Of a stretch of DNA of 29,534 bases, positions 20,098 to 28,696 are shown piece by piece. Positions within the stretch are counted from its first letter, which is position 1, and each line of letters opens with the position of its first letter. This DNA comes from Candidatus Sumerlaeia bacterium (GTDB lineage: Bacteria; Sumerlaeota; Sumerlaeia; SLMS01): NCBI GenBank assembly GCA_038208905.1, contig JBBQYG010000035.1, forward strand, positions 1 to 29,534, read 5' to 3'. The notes below the pieces were generated by a model. That model worked only from the letters and a program-made list of their open reading frames with translations. It did no database searches and was not told the origin of the DNA. Both the position numbers and the translations under genes were made by a program.

Positions 20098-21058
20098 TAC
20101 GATGCGGTCTCTCGGCGAGCAGGGCCTCCTCGCCCGCCTTGCGCCGCTGCTGCACGCGCATACCCAAGGCCTCCCGCTCGGGACCGGCGACGACGCCGCC
20201 ATCACCGAGGGCACGGGCTCGCCGCGGCTCGTGTGGACCATTGACACGATGGTGGAGTCTACGCATTTCCGCTGGTGGAATCATCCCCTCTGCACGCCCC
20301 ACGCCATCGGTTGGAAGCTGGCGCAGACCAACCTGAGCGACCTCGCCAGCAAGGGCGCCGATCCCCTTTTTGCCCTGCTTTCCGTTGGGATTCCCGGCAG
20401 CGTCATGGCCGATGCCGCATCGGATTTTGTGGCCGGCGTTGCCGATGCGATCTCCGCCGCGGGTGCTCGGCTCATCGGCGGGGACACCGTCGCCTCGCCA
20501 GTGTGGACGGCTACGCTGGCGCTCGTCGGCGCGCTTCCCGATGGACGAGCCATCGCCGCGCGATCCAACGCGCGGCCCGGCATGTCGGTCTTCGTCACGG
20601 GGCATCCGGGAGAGAGCGGCGCCGGCCTCGAAATCCTCGAAGGCCGCCTGGCCATTGCCGACGCTGCGCTTGCCGATCACTTCGTCGCGCGCCACCTCCG
20701 GCCTGTCGCGCGACTCGATGCAGGTCGATTTTTGGTGGAGCAATTCCGCGACATCGCCATGCTCGACCTCTCCGACGGCATCGCCATCGACGCGCAACGC
20801 ATCGCGGAGGCCAGCGGCGTCTGCGTCCTGATCGAGGAGTCGCTGCTCCCCAAGGACAGCCCCGCGGAGCCCTATGTGTTGACGGGCGGCGAGTCCTACG
20901 AATTGCTGTTCTGTGTCGAGTCCACCGGGGATGAACTGCCTCGGCAGATTCCCGGCATCCGCCGCATCGGGCACGTGGAGGCTGGCTCCGGCGCGTGGCT
21001 GATGAAGGCCGACGGCGGGCGCGTTCCCCTCGGCGGCGGGTTTCGGCACTTTCAATGA
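20090..21058 (+). CDS. thiL: Thiamine-phosphate kinase
   Basis: LGEQGLLARL, GTGDDAA, DTMVESTHF, NLSDLASKGADP, LIGGDT, RSNARPG, MLDLSDG, LTGGESYELLF, GFRHF. Start is GTG 20090 or ATG 20102. Confidence 0.93.
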   Translation: MGDTMRSLGEQGLLARLAPLLHAHTQGLPLGTGDDAAITEGTGSPRLVWTIDTMVESTHFRWWNHPLCTPHAIGWKLAQTNLSDLASKGADPLFALLSVGIPGSVMADAASDFVAGVADAISAAGARLIGGDTVASPVWTATLALVGALPDGRAIAARSNARPGMSVFVTGHPGESGAGLEILEGRLAIADAALADHFVARHLRPVARLDAGRFLVEQFRDIAMLDLSDGIAIDAQRIAEASGVCVLIEESLLPKDSPAEPYVLTGGESYELLFCVESTGDELPRQIPGIRRIGHVEAGSGAWLMKADGGRVPLGGGFRHFQ

Positions 21059-21549
21059 GCGAGGCACCAATGGGCGACAACGACCTGATCCACGAGGAGC
21101 TGGACGTCCTCCAGTCCGACATCGACGACGAGTCGCCCCAGGTCCTCGGCGTGCTAATCGAGCGCCTGCTCGCGGAAGGCGCCCTCGATGCCCACCTAAC
21201 CTCGCTGCACATGAAGCGCAACCGCCCGGGGCTCCGCGTGGAAGTCCTATGCCACCCCACGGACCGCGAGCGGTTCATCCGGCTGCTGCTGGCGGAGACC
21301 AGCACTTTGGGCGTGAAGGCGCGCCGCGTGGAACGCTACTCGCTGCCGCGCCGCTTCGAGGAGATTCAGGTCCGCGGCAAGCCGATTCGCATCAAGGTGG
21401 CGCTGCTGGATGGCGCCCCCCTTCGCGCGGTTCCCGAGTTCAGCGAATGTCAGGCACTGGCGGAGTCGCTGAGGCTCCCCGTGCGCCAGGTTCTGGACGA
21501 GGCCCGGGCCGAATGCGCCGCATGGATCGCACGGCAACGGACGTCCTGA
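21055..21549 (+). CDS. larC: Stand-alone C-terminal half of LarC (nickel-pincer cofactor biosynthesis; LarC2-like)
   Basis: LQSDIDDESPQ..., GALDA, MKRNRPG, ETSTLGVK, IRIKV, PEFSEC match the LarC C-terminal domain. ATG overlaps the thiL stop (ATGA). Confidence 0.85.
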   Translation: MSEAPMGDNDLIHEELDVLQSDIDDESPQVLGVLIERLLAEGALDAHLTSLHMKRNRPGLRVEVLCHPTDRERFIRLLLAETSTLGVKARRVERYSLPRRFEEIQVRGKPIRIKVALLDGAPLRAVPEFSECQALAESLRLPVRQVLDEARAECAAWIARQRTS

Positions 21550-22274
21550 CGCGCGTTTTGCCTTCCCCCAGCGCCGTTGCCCGCTCACTGTGCGCCATCG
21601 CCCACACGAAAGGCCCCGACTTGCGCGCCCCCCGCTACTCCCCAGAAACGCTGCCGGGGTTCATCGTCGTCGAGGGACTCGACGGCGCCGGAACCAGCAC
21701 CCAGTCTGAACTCCTGCGCAAGCGCCTGCGCCGCGAGGGCTACAATGCGGAGCTTTCCGCCGAGCCCACCAACGGCCCCGTCGGCACACTCGTCCGCCAG
21801 ATCATGCGCGGGCGTCTCAACATCTCCGCCGACCGCCTCGTCACCGAGCGCCAACTAGCCCACCTCTTCGCCGCCGACCGGCACGATCACCTCTACAACG
21901 ACGTGGATGGCATCGCGGGGCTTTCGGCCCGCGGCATCGTGGCGATTTCCACGCGCTACTTCTTCTCGTCCTACGCCTACAACGGACGCACGATGCAGGC
22001 ATTCGACCTTGTCGAGCGCCTCAACGCCGACTTCCCGCTTCCGCAAGCCGTGGTCTATCTGCGCGTTCCCGTTGAAGTGTCGCTGGCCCGGCTCAACAAG
22101 CGCGACGTGCGGGAGTTCTACGAGCACGAGGATGAACTGCGTCGCGTCGATGCCGCGTTCGGCTCGCTCTTCGGCGCCATCCGCGACCGCGTTGTGGAAG
22201 TCGAGTCGGTGGGCGACGCCACGGAAGTATCCGACCGCATCGCAGAGGGCGTTCTCGCCATCCTGCGCAAGTGA
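21522..22274 (+). CDS. tmk: Thymidylate (dTMP) kinase
   Basis: FIVVEGLDGAGTSTQ, EPTNGPVG, LFAADRHDHL, STRYFFSSYAY, P..VVYLRVP, EFYE. Start uncertain (ATG 21513/21522 or a later TTG). Confidence 0.9.
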   Translation: MDRTATDVLTRVLPSPSAVARSLCAIAHTKGPDLRAPRYSPETLPGFIVVEGLDGAGTSTQSELLRKRLRREGYNAELSAEPTNGPVGTLVRQIMRGRLNISADRLVTERQLAHLFAADRHDHLYNDVDGIAGLSARGIVAISTRYFFSSYAYNGRTMQAFDLVERLNADFPLPQAVVYLRVPVEVSLARLNKRDVREFYEHEDELRRVDAAFGSLFGAIRDRVVEVESVGDATEVSDRIAEGVLAILRK

Positions 22275-25200
22275 CTACTGGCGCGGGGCGTCGGTCGCCG
22301 TATGATGGCCTTGCCTCATCTGGCGTTTGTACGTTTCCACGCGATCCTGAAAGGCTATCGACTCGTCGCCGGGATACTCGTTTTTGTTCCACGGAAACGC
22401 CTCGAAAACGCGGAAGTCCCCTCCCGATGTGAGCCCGATGATCGTCATCCCGTCTTCGGTAAAGGCCGCGCCGATGGGAGCATTCTCCGAATCGTCCTGC
22501 GCGAGGATGAGTGCTTCGCGGCCAGTGGGAACGTCCCAAACGCGCAGGGTGCTGTCCCGCCCGACCGAGACAATGCGATCGTCGCTGGGGCCGAAATCGA
22601 TCGACAATACCGTGCGGCGATGCCCGTCCATGCGAGAGAGCAATGCGCCGGTCGTCGAGTCGAAGACGCCGATGCTGTTGCCGCCGCCGCCCGATGCCAC
22701 CTTGGTTCCATCGTGGGAATACGCGACACAGATTCCCATGCCCGTGATCGTGTCCAGGGTCAGGCGGCGCTCCCGCGTCGCCACGTCCCAGACGGCGGCC
22801 TTGCCGTTGAGGTAGCCCACAAGAAGCGACTTCGAATCGGGGCTGAACGTCAGGTCGTTGGGGAGGAAGCGAAAACGATCCTCGCGGATTTCGCCCTTCG
22901 TATCGACAACCAGCTCGCCGATCTTTGTCCAATCCGTCGTGTTCCAAAGGCCGATCCGATCCGTCAATTCCGCCGTGGCCAGGATATTGCCGTCGGGGCT
23001 AAAGGCCGTATCGATCAAATTGTTCGTGGCAAGGCTTGCGAGCACGGAGCCATCGGCCACGCGGACCACTTTCGCAAGGAGCGTGGACTCGTCGATCTCC
23101 ACTCGCAGGGTGCTGTCCGGGCTGAAGCGCTGGTAGCGGCCAATCGCCAGGAATGTCCGGTCGCGCCACGTTGCAAGGGTCACTCCGCCGGGCACCGACC
23201 AGCGCTGTTCGCGGCGAGCCCAGATGCGATCCCTCAGGTCGGGAACGCCATACGCGCGCACTCGGTCGCGCGTTCCCATGATTTCATCGGGCGCGACATC
23301 CGTCCTTAGGGGAACGCGCCCGGTTACCACCTGAAGGGCAATCCGGCGAACCTCCTTGATCGAGGTCGTCAGGATGTGGCGACCATCCGCCGTGAAGCTG
23401 CCATGGAAGCCCGGCTCGCCGGCCTGCACTTGACCCAGCGGGATCGGATCCCCCTCGCCCGGGTTCGCATCCCACAGGCGCCTCATCCCCAGATCGTCCG
23501 ACGTGAGGATCATTCGCCCATCGGGGCTATAGGTCAGATCGTGCAGGAACGCCCCCGGATTCTCGAAATCGGATTTCAGGGTGCCCGTCGCGGCGTCGAA
23601 AAGTCGAACTTTCCGATCCGTAGCTGCCGTCGCGATCGTCAGGCCATCGGGCGAGAACGATCCCGCCAGCACGTTCTCCGTGTGGCCCTCCAGCTCCAGC
23701 ACCTTCTCCCACGTTGCCGTGTCGTAAACCACCGCCATACTTCCCAGCGCCGTGACCAGCAGCCGCGAATCGTCGGGGCTGAAATCCACGTCATAGGCGC
23801 CATTGGTGAACCCCCGGATGATGTGCACGGATTCTCCGCCGGGGATCGACCATATCCGGACGGTTCCATCGATGCACGCCGACGCGAGCTGCGCCCCGTC
23901 GCGATTGAAGCTCAACCCGCGAACAATCGATGAATGCCCGGTCAGCGTCTTGACGACCTGGCCCGTCGCCGCATCCAGCAGGTAGATCCTCTGGTCAAAG
24001 GACCCCGCCGCGATCAGCGCGCCATCGGGGGTGAACTCCGAAGTCCACACGTTGTGCCCCGCAATCGCCGCCCTCCAGATCACTGTCCCCGCGTCGGCAT
24101 CCACCAGCACCACTTCCTTGTCGCCCGATATGCAGTAGGTCTCTCCATCCGGAGACGACTTCGCATCGAAGTGGCGTGTGCTCACGCGCATCAGCAGGTC
24201 GTCGGGAAACACGCGCTGCAACAGGTTGCCCCACTCCCAGCGGCGAAAGGCCACCGGAGACTTTTCGGCGAGTAGTTCCCAGGCCTTCTCGAAGCGCCCC
24301 TCGCCGATGGCCACCTCGGCCAAGCCGATGCCAGAGTAGTATTGCTCCTCCTCTGCCGCCAGTTTTGCCGCCTCGGCGATCACGCGCTGGGCCACGGCCT
24401 CCGCACTGGCCATCTCCGCCCGGCCGCGCGCCTCCTCCGCCAGATTGCGCTGAATTTCCAGACGCTCGCCGGCGCGCTTCTGCTCGATGGAGTATGACAG
24501 CGCGCCCAGCAGCAGCGCCACGCTCAGCACCGCCGCGCCCGCGATGGCCAGGCGGCGCTGGCCTCGGTCGCGCGCAACTTTCGCCTCTGCGCGCGCGATC
24601 CGATCAAGCAGCGCCCCATCGCCCAGCGGAACCGCCATCACCCGCGACAGCCTCAGGTCGCCCTCGGCGATGGCGGCCTCCGCATAATGCCGCAGCGCCC
24701 GCTCCCTCAGCCCCTTCACCGCGGGATTGCGCGGCCACAGCAGGCCGGCCTTCTGCAACTCCGCCAGCCAACCCGAGAGCACATTGTACCGCGTGGTGAC
24801 GTCGCCCTCCAGCTTGCCCGCCTCCCACACGACCAGCTTCGACGCGATCTCCCTCGTCACCATCTCCGACTGCCGCCGCGCAGAGGCGCCCGTCAGGTAG
24901 TCGCCCAGACGGTCGATCATCACCTGAACGGATTCTGGCCGATCCCCCGGCACCACTTGCAGCGCCCATAGGCACAACTCCGCCAACTCGTCCGGGATGG
25001 CCCGCTCGGGCGACCGCTTGCGTGGGTCCTCCACCACGCCCTCCTTCGCGCGCGCGATTGCCGAGGCCGAATCCATCGCCTTGTGCGGATAGGACCCCGT
25101 CAGCAGGCAGTAAAGCGTTCCGCCCAGCAGGTACACGTCGGTTCGCGCCGTCACCCCCGTCGCCAGGGGGAGCGTCTGCTCCGGCGCCATCATCGAGGGT

Positions 25201-25979
25201 GTTCCCGCGGGGCTCGCCGCCGTCTCCGGCGTTGGGATCGAGATGCGGCGCTGGATCGGATTCTCGTCGGAGGAGCCGCCGCTCCTCACGCGAATCGCCA
25301 ACCCCCAGTCCATCAGCATCACCTCGCCGAACTGGCCCAGCATCACCTGGGAAGGTTTTAAGTCGCGGTGGACGATTCCCTTGGAATGCGCAAACGCCAC
25401 TGCCTGCATCATGTCGATCAGGATCGGCAGATGCTTGGCCAGATGCTCGTCCTCGCTCAGCACGTCGAAGTCCGAATGCAGCTCTTCGCTCCACGGCCGC
25501 CCGCGAACCATCTTCATCGCCAGCAGCGGATGCCCGTCCAGATCCGCCCCCAGGTCGTACACCGGCACGATGTTCGGATGCTCCAACTGGGCGGTGATCA
25601 TCGCCTCCTGCTGGAACTGATAGTCCATCGCCGCCGTTCGCCGCTCGTTGCTCAGCAGGCGGCGATAGTGGGCGAACTGGATGCGCTTCACCGCGACGAT
25701 GCGTTCCAGAGAAATCTGCAGCGCCTCCCACACCTCGCCAAAGCCGCCCTCCCCCACGATGCGGCGCAGGATGAATCCCGGCTTCAGGGCCGTCTTGTCG
25801 GCGTCGCCCAGATCGCGCTCCAGCGCGAAGGTCATTGTGGACTTTTCCGGCAGCCGCGCCAGCGTCTCCCCCTCCGCCACGTCGGTCGTCATGGATATCC
25901 TACGGGCAAAGGTCGCATCGGGGTCTGGCGGGAAACTGACCGCCTGCCCGTCGTCGTCCTCCATCGGATCGCCAACCAT
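22275..25979 (-). CDS. Hanks-type Ser/Thr protein kinase with TM helix, coiled coil and WD40 repeats
   Basis: GEGGFGEVW, VAVKR, LEHPNIVPVYDLG, HRDLKPSQ, DWGLA, GTPSMMAPEQ, DVYLLG, then a hydrophobic segment and many GH...FSPDG...WD repeats. Start is probably ATG 25979 or 25964. Confidence 0.93.
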   Translation of the reverse strand: MVGDPMEDDDGQAVSFPPDPDATFARRISMTTDVAEGETLARLPEKSTMTFALERDLGDADKTALKPGFILRRIVGEGGFGEVWEALQISLERIVAVKRIQFAHYRRLLSNERRTAAMDYQFQQEAMITAQLEHPNIVPVYDLGADLDGHPLLAMKMVRGRPWSEELHSDFDVLSEDEHLAKHLPILIDMMQAVAFAHSKGIVHRDLKPSQVMLGQFGEVMLMDWGLAIRVRSGGSSDENPIQRRISIPTPETAASPAGTPSMMAPEQTLPLATGVTARTDVYLLGGTLYCLLTGSYPHKAMDSASAIARAKEGVVEDPRKRSPERAIPDELAELCLWALQVVPGDRPESVQVMIDRLGDYLTGASARRQSEMVTREIASKLVVWEAGKLEGDVTTRYNVLSGWLAELQKAGLLWPRNPAVKGLRERALRHYAEAAIAEGDLRLSRVMAVPLGDGALLDRIARAEAKVARDRGQRRLAIAGAAVLSVALLLGALSYSIEQKRAGERLEIQRNLAEEARGRAEMASAEAVAQRVIAEAAKLAAEEEQYYSGIGLAEVAIGEGRFEKAWELLAEKSPVAFRRWEWGNLLQRVFPDDLLMRVSTRHFDAKSSPDGETYCISGDKEVVLVDADAGTVIWRAAIAGHNVWTSEFTPDGALIAAGSFDQRIYLLDAATGQVVKTLTGHSSIVRGLSFNRDGAQLASACIDGTVRIWSIPGGESVHIIRGFTNGAYDVDFSPDDSRLLVTALGSMAVVYDTATWEKVLELEGHTENVLAGSFSPDGLTIATAATDRKVRLFDAATGTLKSDFENPGAFLHDLTYSPDGRMILTSDDLGMRRLWDANPGEGDPIPLGQVQAGEPGFHGSFTADGRHILTTSIKEVRRIALQVVTGRVPLRTDVAPDEIMGTRDRVRAYGVPDLRDRIWARREQRWSVPGGVTLATWRDRTFLAIGRYQRFSPDSTLRVEIDESTLLAKVVRVADGSVLASLATNNLIDTAFSPDGNILATAELTDRIGLWNTTDWTKIGELVVDTKGEIREDRFRFLPNDLTFSPDSKSLLVGYLNGKAAVWDVATRERRLTLDTITGMGICVAYSHDGTKVASGGGGNSIGVFDSTTGALLSRMDGHRRTVLSIDFGPSDDRIVSVGRDSTLRVWDVPTGREALILAQDDSENAPIGAAFTEDGMTIIGLTSGGDFRVFEAFPWNKNEYPGDESIAFQDRVETYKRQMRQGHHTATDAPRQ

Positions 25980-26217
25980 CGTTGAATCCCGTCGCCTGGT
26001 GGATAGCCCCGTCAACTGCCGCGCCCGCATCAATCCTCGGGCGCCCGACCGCCCACAACCGAGTTCGCCCACTTGGGGCACAGTGCCCCCTGATCGTTTC
26101 GCATCGATAAGGGCTCTTATCCCACAGGGAAGGCAAGTAACTTCCTTACCACTCTTTCGCGCCGTGGTCAAAAGCGCTTGCAACGCCCCGGCCCCACCCG
26201 CCTGTCATCTTGGGTAT

Positions 26218-28629
26218 ATGGCCCGGTCCGTCGGCATCCTCTCCTTCTTTCCCGCATTCAACCCTCCGCGGTCGGGTGGCGAGCTGCGCCTCCGCCACAT
26301 CGCCCTCGGGCTGGCGCGGCGCGGCTACGATGTCCAGATGGCCGCCCCCACCTATGGCGACGCCGCAGAGGAAACCGTCGAGCACCACCCGAACTTCCAC
26401 GAGCGCCGCTTTCCCCGCACCCACGACTACAACAAGGCTCACCACCTGCTTGATCGGTTTGCCGGCTTCAAGGAATGCAGCGGACTTGTCTGCTCCCTCG
26501 TGGCGCGGCGTCACCGGGCCCTCCGCGCGGAGGCCGAGCGCGTCGCGCGCCACTCCGACATCCTCACCCATGAAAGCCCCTTCCTCGCCCCCCTCGCGCC
26601 CCGGCCCGCCCGCCGGGGGCAGCTTTTCGTTTACAACTCCTACAACGTGGAAGCCCGCATGGCGCGGGACATGTTTGGCGCCGGCCTCGCCGGACGCCTC
26701 GCCACGCGCCGCATCCGCTCGCTGGAGGGCGCCCTCCTTCGCGAGAGCCACATCGTCCTCGCCTGCGGACAGGAGGATGCCGACTTCTTCGTCTCCGACT
26801 ACCGCATCGACGCCAGCAAGATCGTCGTCGTTCCCAACGGCGTCGATGTGCAGGCCATCGCTCCGCCCGCCACCGATGCGGATCGCGCCGCCGCGCGGGA
26901 GGTCCTCGGCCTATCCCGCTCCCGCCCCGCCTGCTTCTTCATCGGCAGCTATCACCCGCCCAATCTGGAGGCCGTGGAGATCATCGTCGCGCGACTCGCC
27001 CCCGCGTTCCCGGGAGTGGACTTTCTCATTGCCGGAAAGGCTTGTCAGGCCTCTGCCGAGCGCGCGATTCCCGCCAACGTGCGCCTGCTTGGGCTCATCG
27101 ACGAGGAAACCAAGTCGGCGCTTCTCCACGGCACTGACCTCGCCCTGAACCCGATGGTCAGCGGCAGCGGCACCAACCTCAAGATGCTGGAGTACCTCGC
27201 CGCCGGGCTCCCCGTGCTGACCACTCCCCACGGCGCGCGGGGCCTTGCGCTGGAGCACCGCCGCACCGCCGCCATCGTCCCCATCGCCGAGTGGCCCGCC
27301 GCCATCGACGCCCTGCTTTCCGACGCGCCGCAGCGCCGCATTCTCGCCGAGGAAGGCCGCGCCCACGCCGTGGCGCGCTTCTCCTGGAAGGCCATCGCGG
27401 AAACCGTCGCCGACCTCTACACACTCAAGAGCGGGCGCCGCATCGTCATCCTCAACGACTATCCCGTCTCTCCCGTCGAGGCCGGTGGCCAAGTCCGTAT
27501 AGACGCCGTTGCCCGCCATCTCTCCGACGCCGGACTCGGCGTCACGGTGCTCACGCTCTCCACCGCCAAGGCCGCGCGCCGCGTCTCCCACGGGCCACGT
27601 TTCGAGGAGCTGAACATCCCCCGCTCAGGCGCCCAGCGATTCGCCGACGGCGTTCTCCACCAGTTGATGCGTCTCCCCCTTGATGATGCGTCCGCCCTTG
27701 TTTTTGCAAACGCATTATGCCATTCGTATAGACGCACTATCCGCCGAGAGATCGCCACCGCTTCCTCGGTCATGCTCTCCCATCCCTATCTGGAACCCCT
27801 CACCCGTCGGCTCCGCGGACTCCCCCTTTTCTACGATTCCCATAACACGGAAAACGCCCTCAAGGAAGCTCTCCTTGAGGATGGAATCCTTGCCCGCCGC
27901 ATCGTCGCCATCGTCGCCAACGCGGAACGCCGCGCTACCCGCCGCGCCCGCGCCATCTTCTGCGTGTCGGAGGAAAACCGCCGTGACCTCCTCCGCCTGG
28001 AGCCGTCGATGGAGGACCGCGCGCTCCTCTGCCCCAACGGCGTGGACACCGCCGCCATCGCCGCGCTCGACCCCCCGGCAAAGCTCGCCCTGCGCCGCAA
28101 GGCCGGCATGTCGCGGGAAATCGTCGCTATCTTCGTCGGCTCCCAGTACCTCCCCAACGTCGCCGCCGCGCGCCTCATCATCGACGAGTTGGCACCCGAG
28201 TTCCCCCGCGTCCTCTTCGCCATCGTCGGCTCCGTCTGCCAGCGCCTCGGGTCCGACCTCCCGGAGAATGTCCTCGCGTTTGGCGCAGTCCCCGCCTCGG
28301 TGAAGCGCGACCTGCTCCAACTCTCCGACATCGCCCTGAACCCCGTGGAAACCGGCAGCGGCAGCAGCCTCAAGCTCTTCGAATATCTCGCCGCCGGACT
28401 CCCCACGATCACCACCCACACCGGAGCCCGCGGCCTCCCCCACGGCGCCCACGGCGGCCTCGCCGTCGTCGAGGCCGACGGCTTCGCCTTCGCCCTCCGT
28501 CAACTCCTCCGCGACCGCCACCGCCGCGCCGCCCTCTCCGCCGCCGCCCGCGCTGCCGCGGAAATGCACTGCGACTGGAAGACAACCCTCGCGCCAATGG
28601 TCGAGACCCTCACCCGCGACGGCGAATAG
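26218..28629 (+). CDS. Tandem two-module glycosyltransferase family 4 protein (803 aa)
   Basis: Two GT-B modules: PPRSGGELR...VPNGVD...FIGSYHPPN...GSGTNLKMLEYLAAGLP and PVEAGGQVR...CPNGVD...FVGSQYLPN...GSGSSLKLFEYLAAGLP. Start moved to ATG 26218. Confidence 0.92.
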   Translation: MARSVGILSFFPAFNPPRSGGELRLRHIALGLARRGYDVQMAAPTYGDAAEETVEHHPNFHERRFPRTHDYNKAHHLLDRFAGFKECSGLVCSLVARRHRALRAEAERVARHSDILTHESPFLAPLAPRPARRGQLFVYNSYNVEARMARDMFGAGLAGRLATRRIRSLEGALLRESHIVLACGQEDADFFVSDYRIDASKIVVVPNGVDVQAIAPPATDADRAAAREVLGLSRSRPACFFIGSYHPPNLEAVEIIVARLAPAFPGVDFLIAGKACQASAERAIPANVRLLGLIDEETKSALLHGTDLALNPMVSGSGTNLKMLEYLAAGLPVLTTPHGARGLALEHRRTAAIVPIAEWPAAIDALLSDAPQRRILAEEGRAHAVARFSWKAIAETVADLYTLKSGRRIVILNDYPVSPVEAGGQVRIDAVARHLSDAGLGVTVLTLSTAKAARRVSHGPRFEELNIPRSGAQRFADGVLHQLMRLPLDDASALVFANALCHSYRRTIRREIATASSVMLSHPYLEPLTRRLRGLPLFYDSHNTENALKEALLEDGILARRIVAIVANAERRATRRARAIFCVSEENRRDLLRLEPSMEDRALLCPNGVDTAAIAALDPPAKLALRRKAGMSREIVAIFVGSQYLPNVAAARLIIDELAPEFPRVLFAIVGSVCQRLGSDLPENVLAFGAVPASVKRDLLQLSDIALNPVETGSGSSLKLFEYLAAGLPTITTHTGARGLPHGAHGGLAVVEADGFAFALRQLLRDRHRRAALSAAARAAAEMHCDWKTTLAPMVETLTRDGE

Positions 28630-28696
28630 CCCTCGCCAGAAAGCGGGGAACATCGGCCGAGCTGCCAAAGTCTCATTGGCAAAGGTTCCCGTCCCC

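Noticed and set aside
25995-26130. DnaA-box-like strings (GGTGGATAG, TTATCCCACA) between the kinase and double GT4
   Set aside because: They need two mismatches or an insertion, which is too weak to call.
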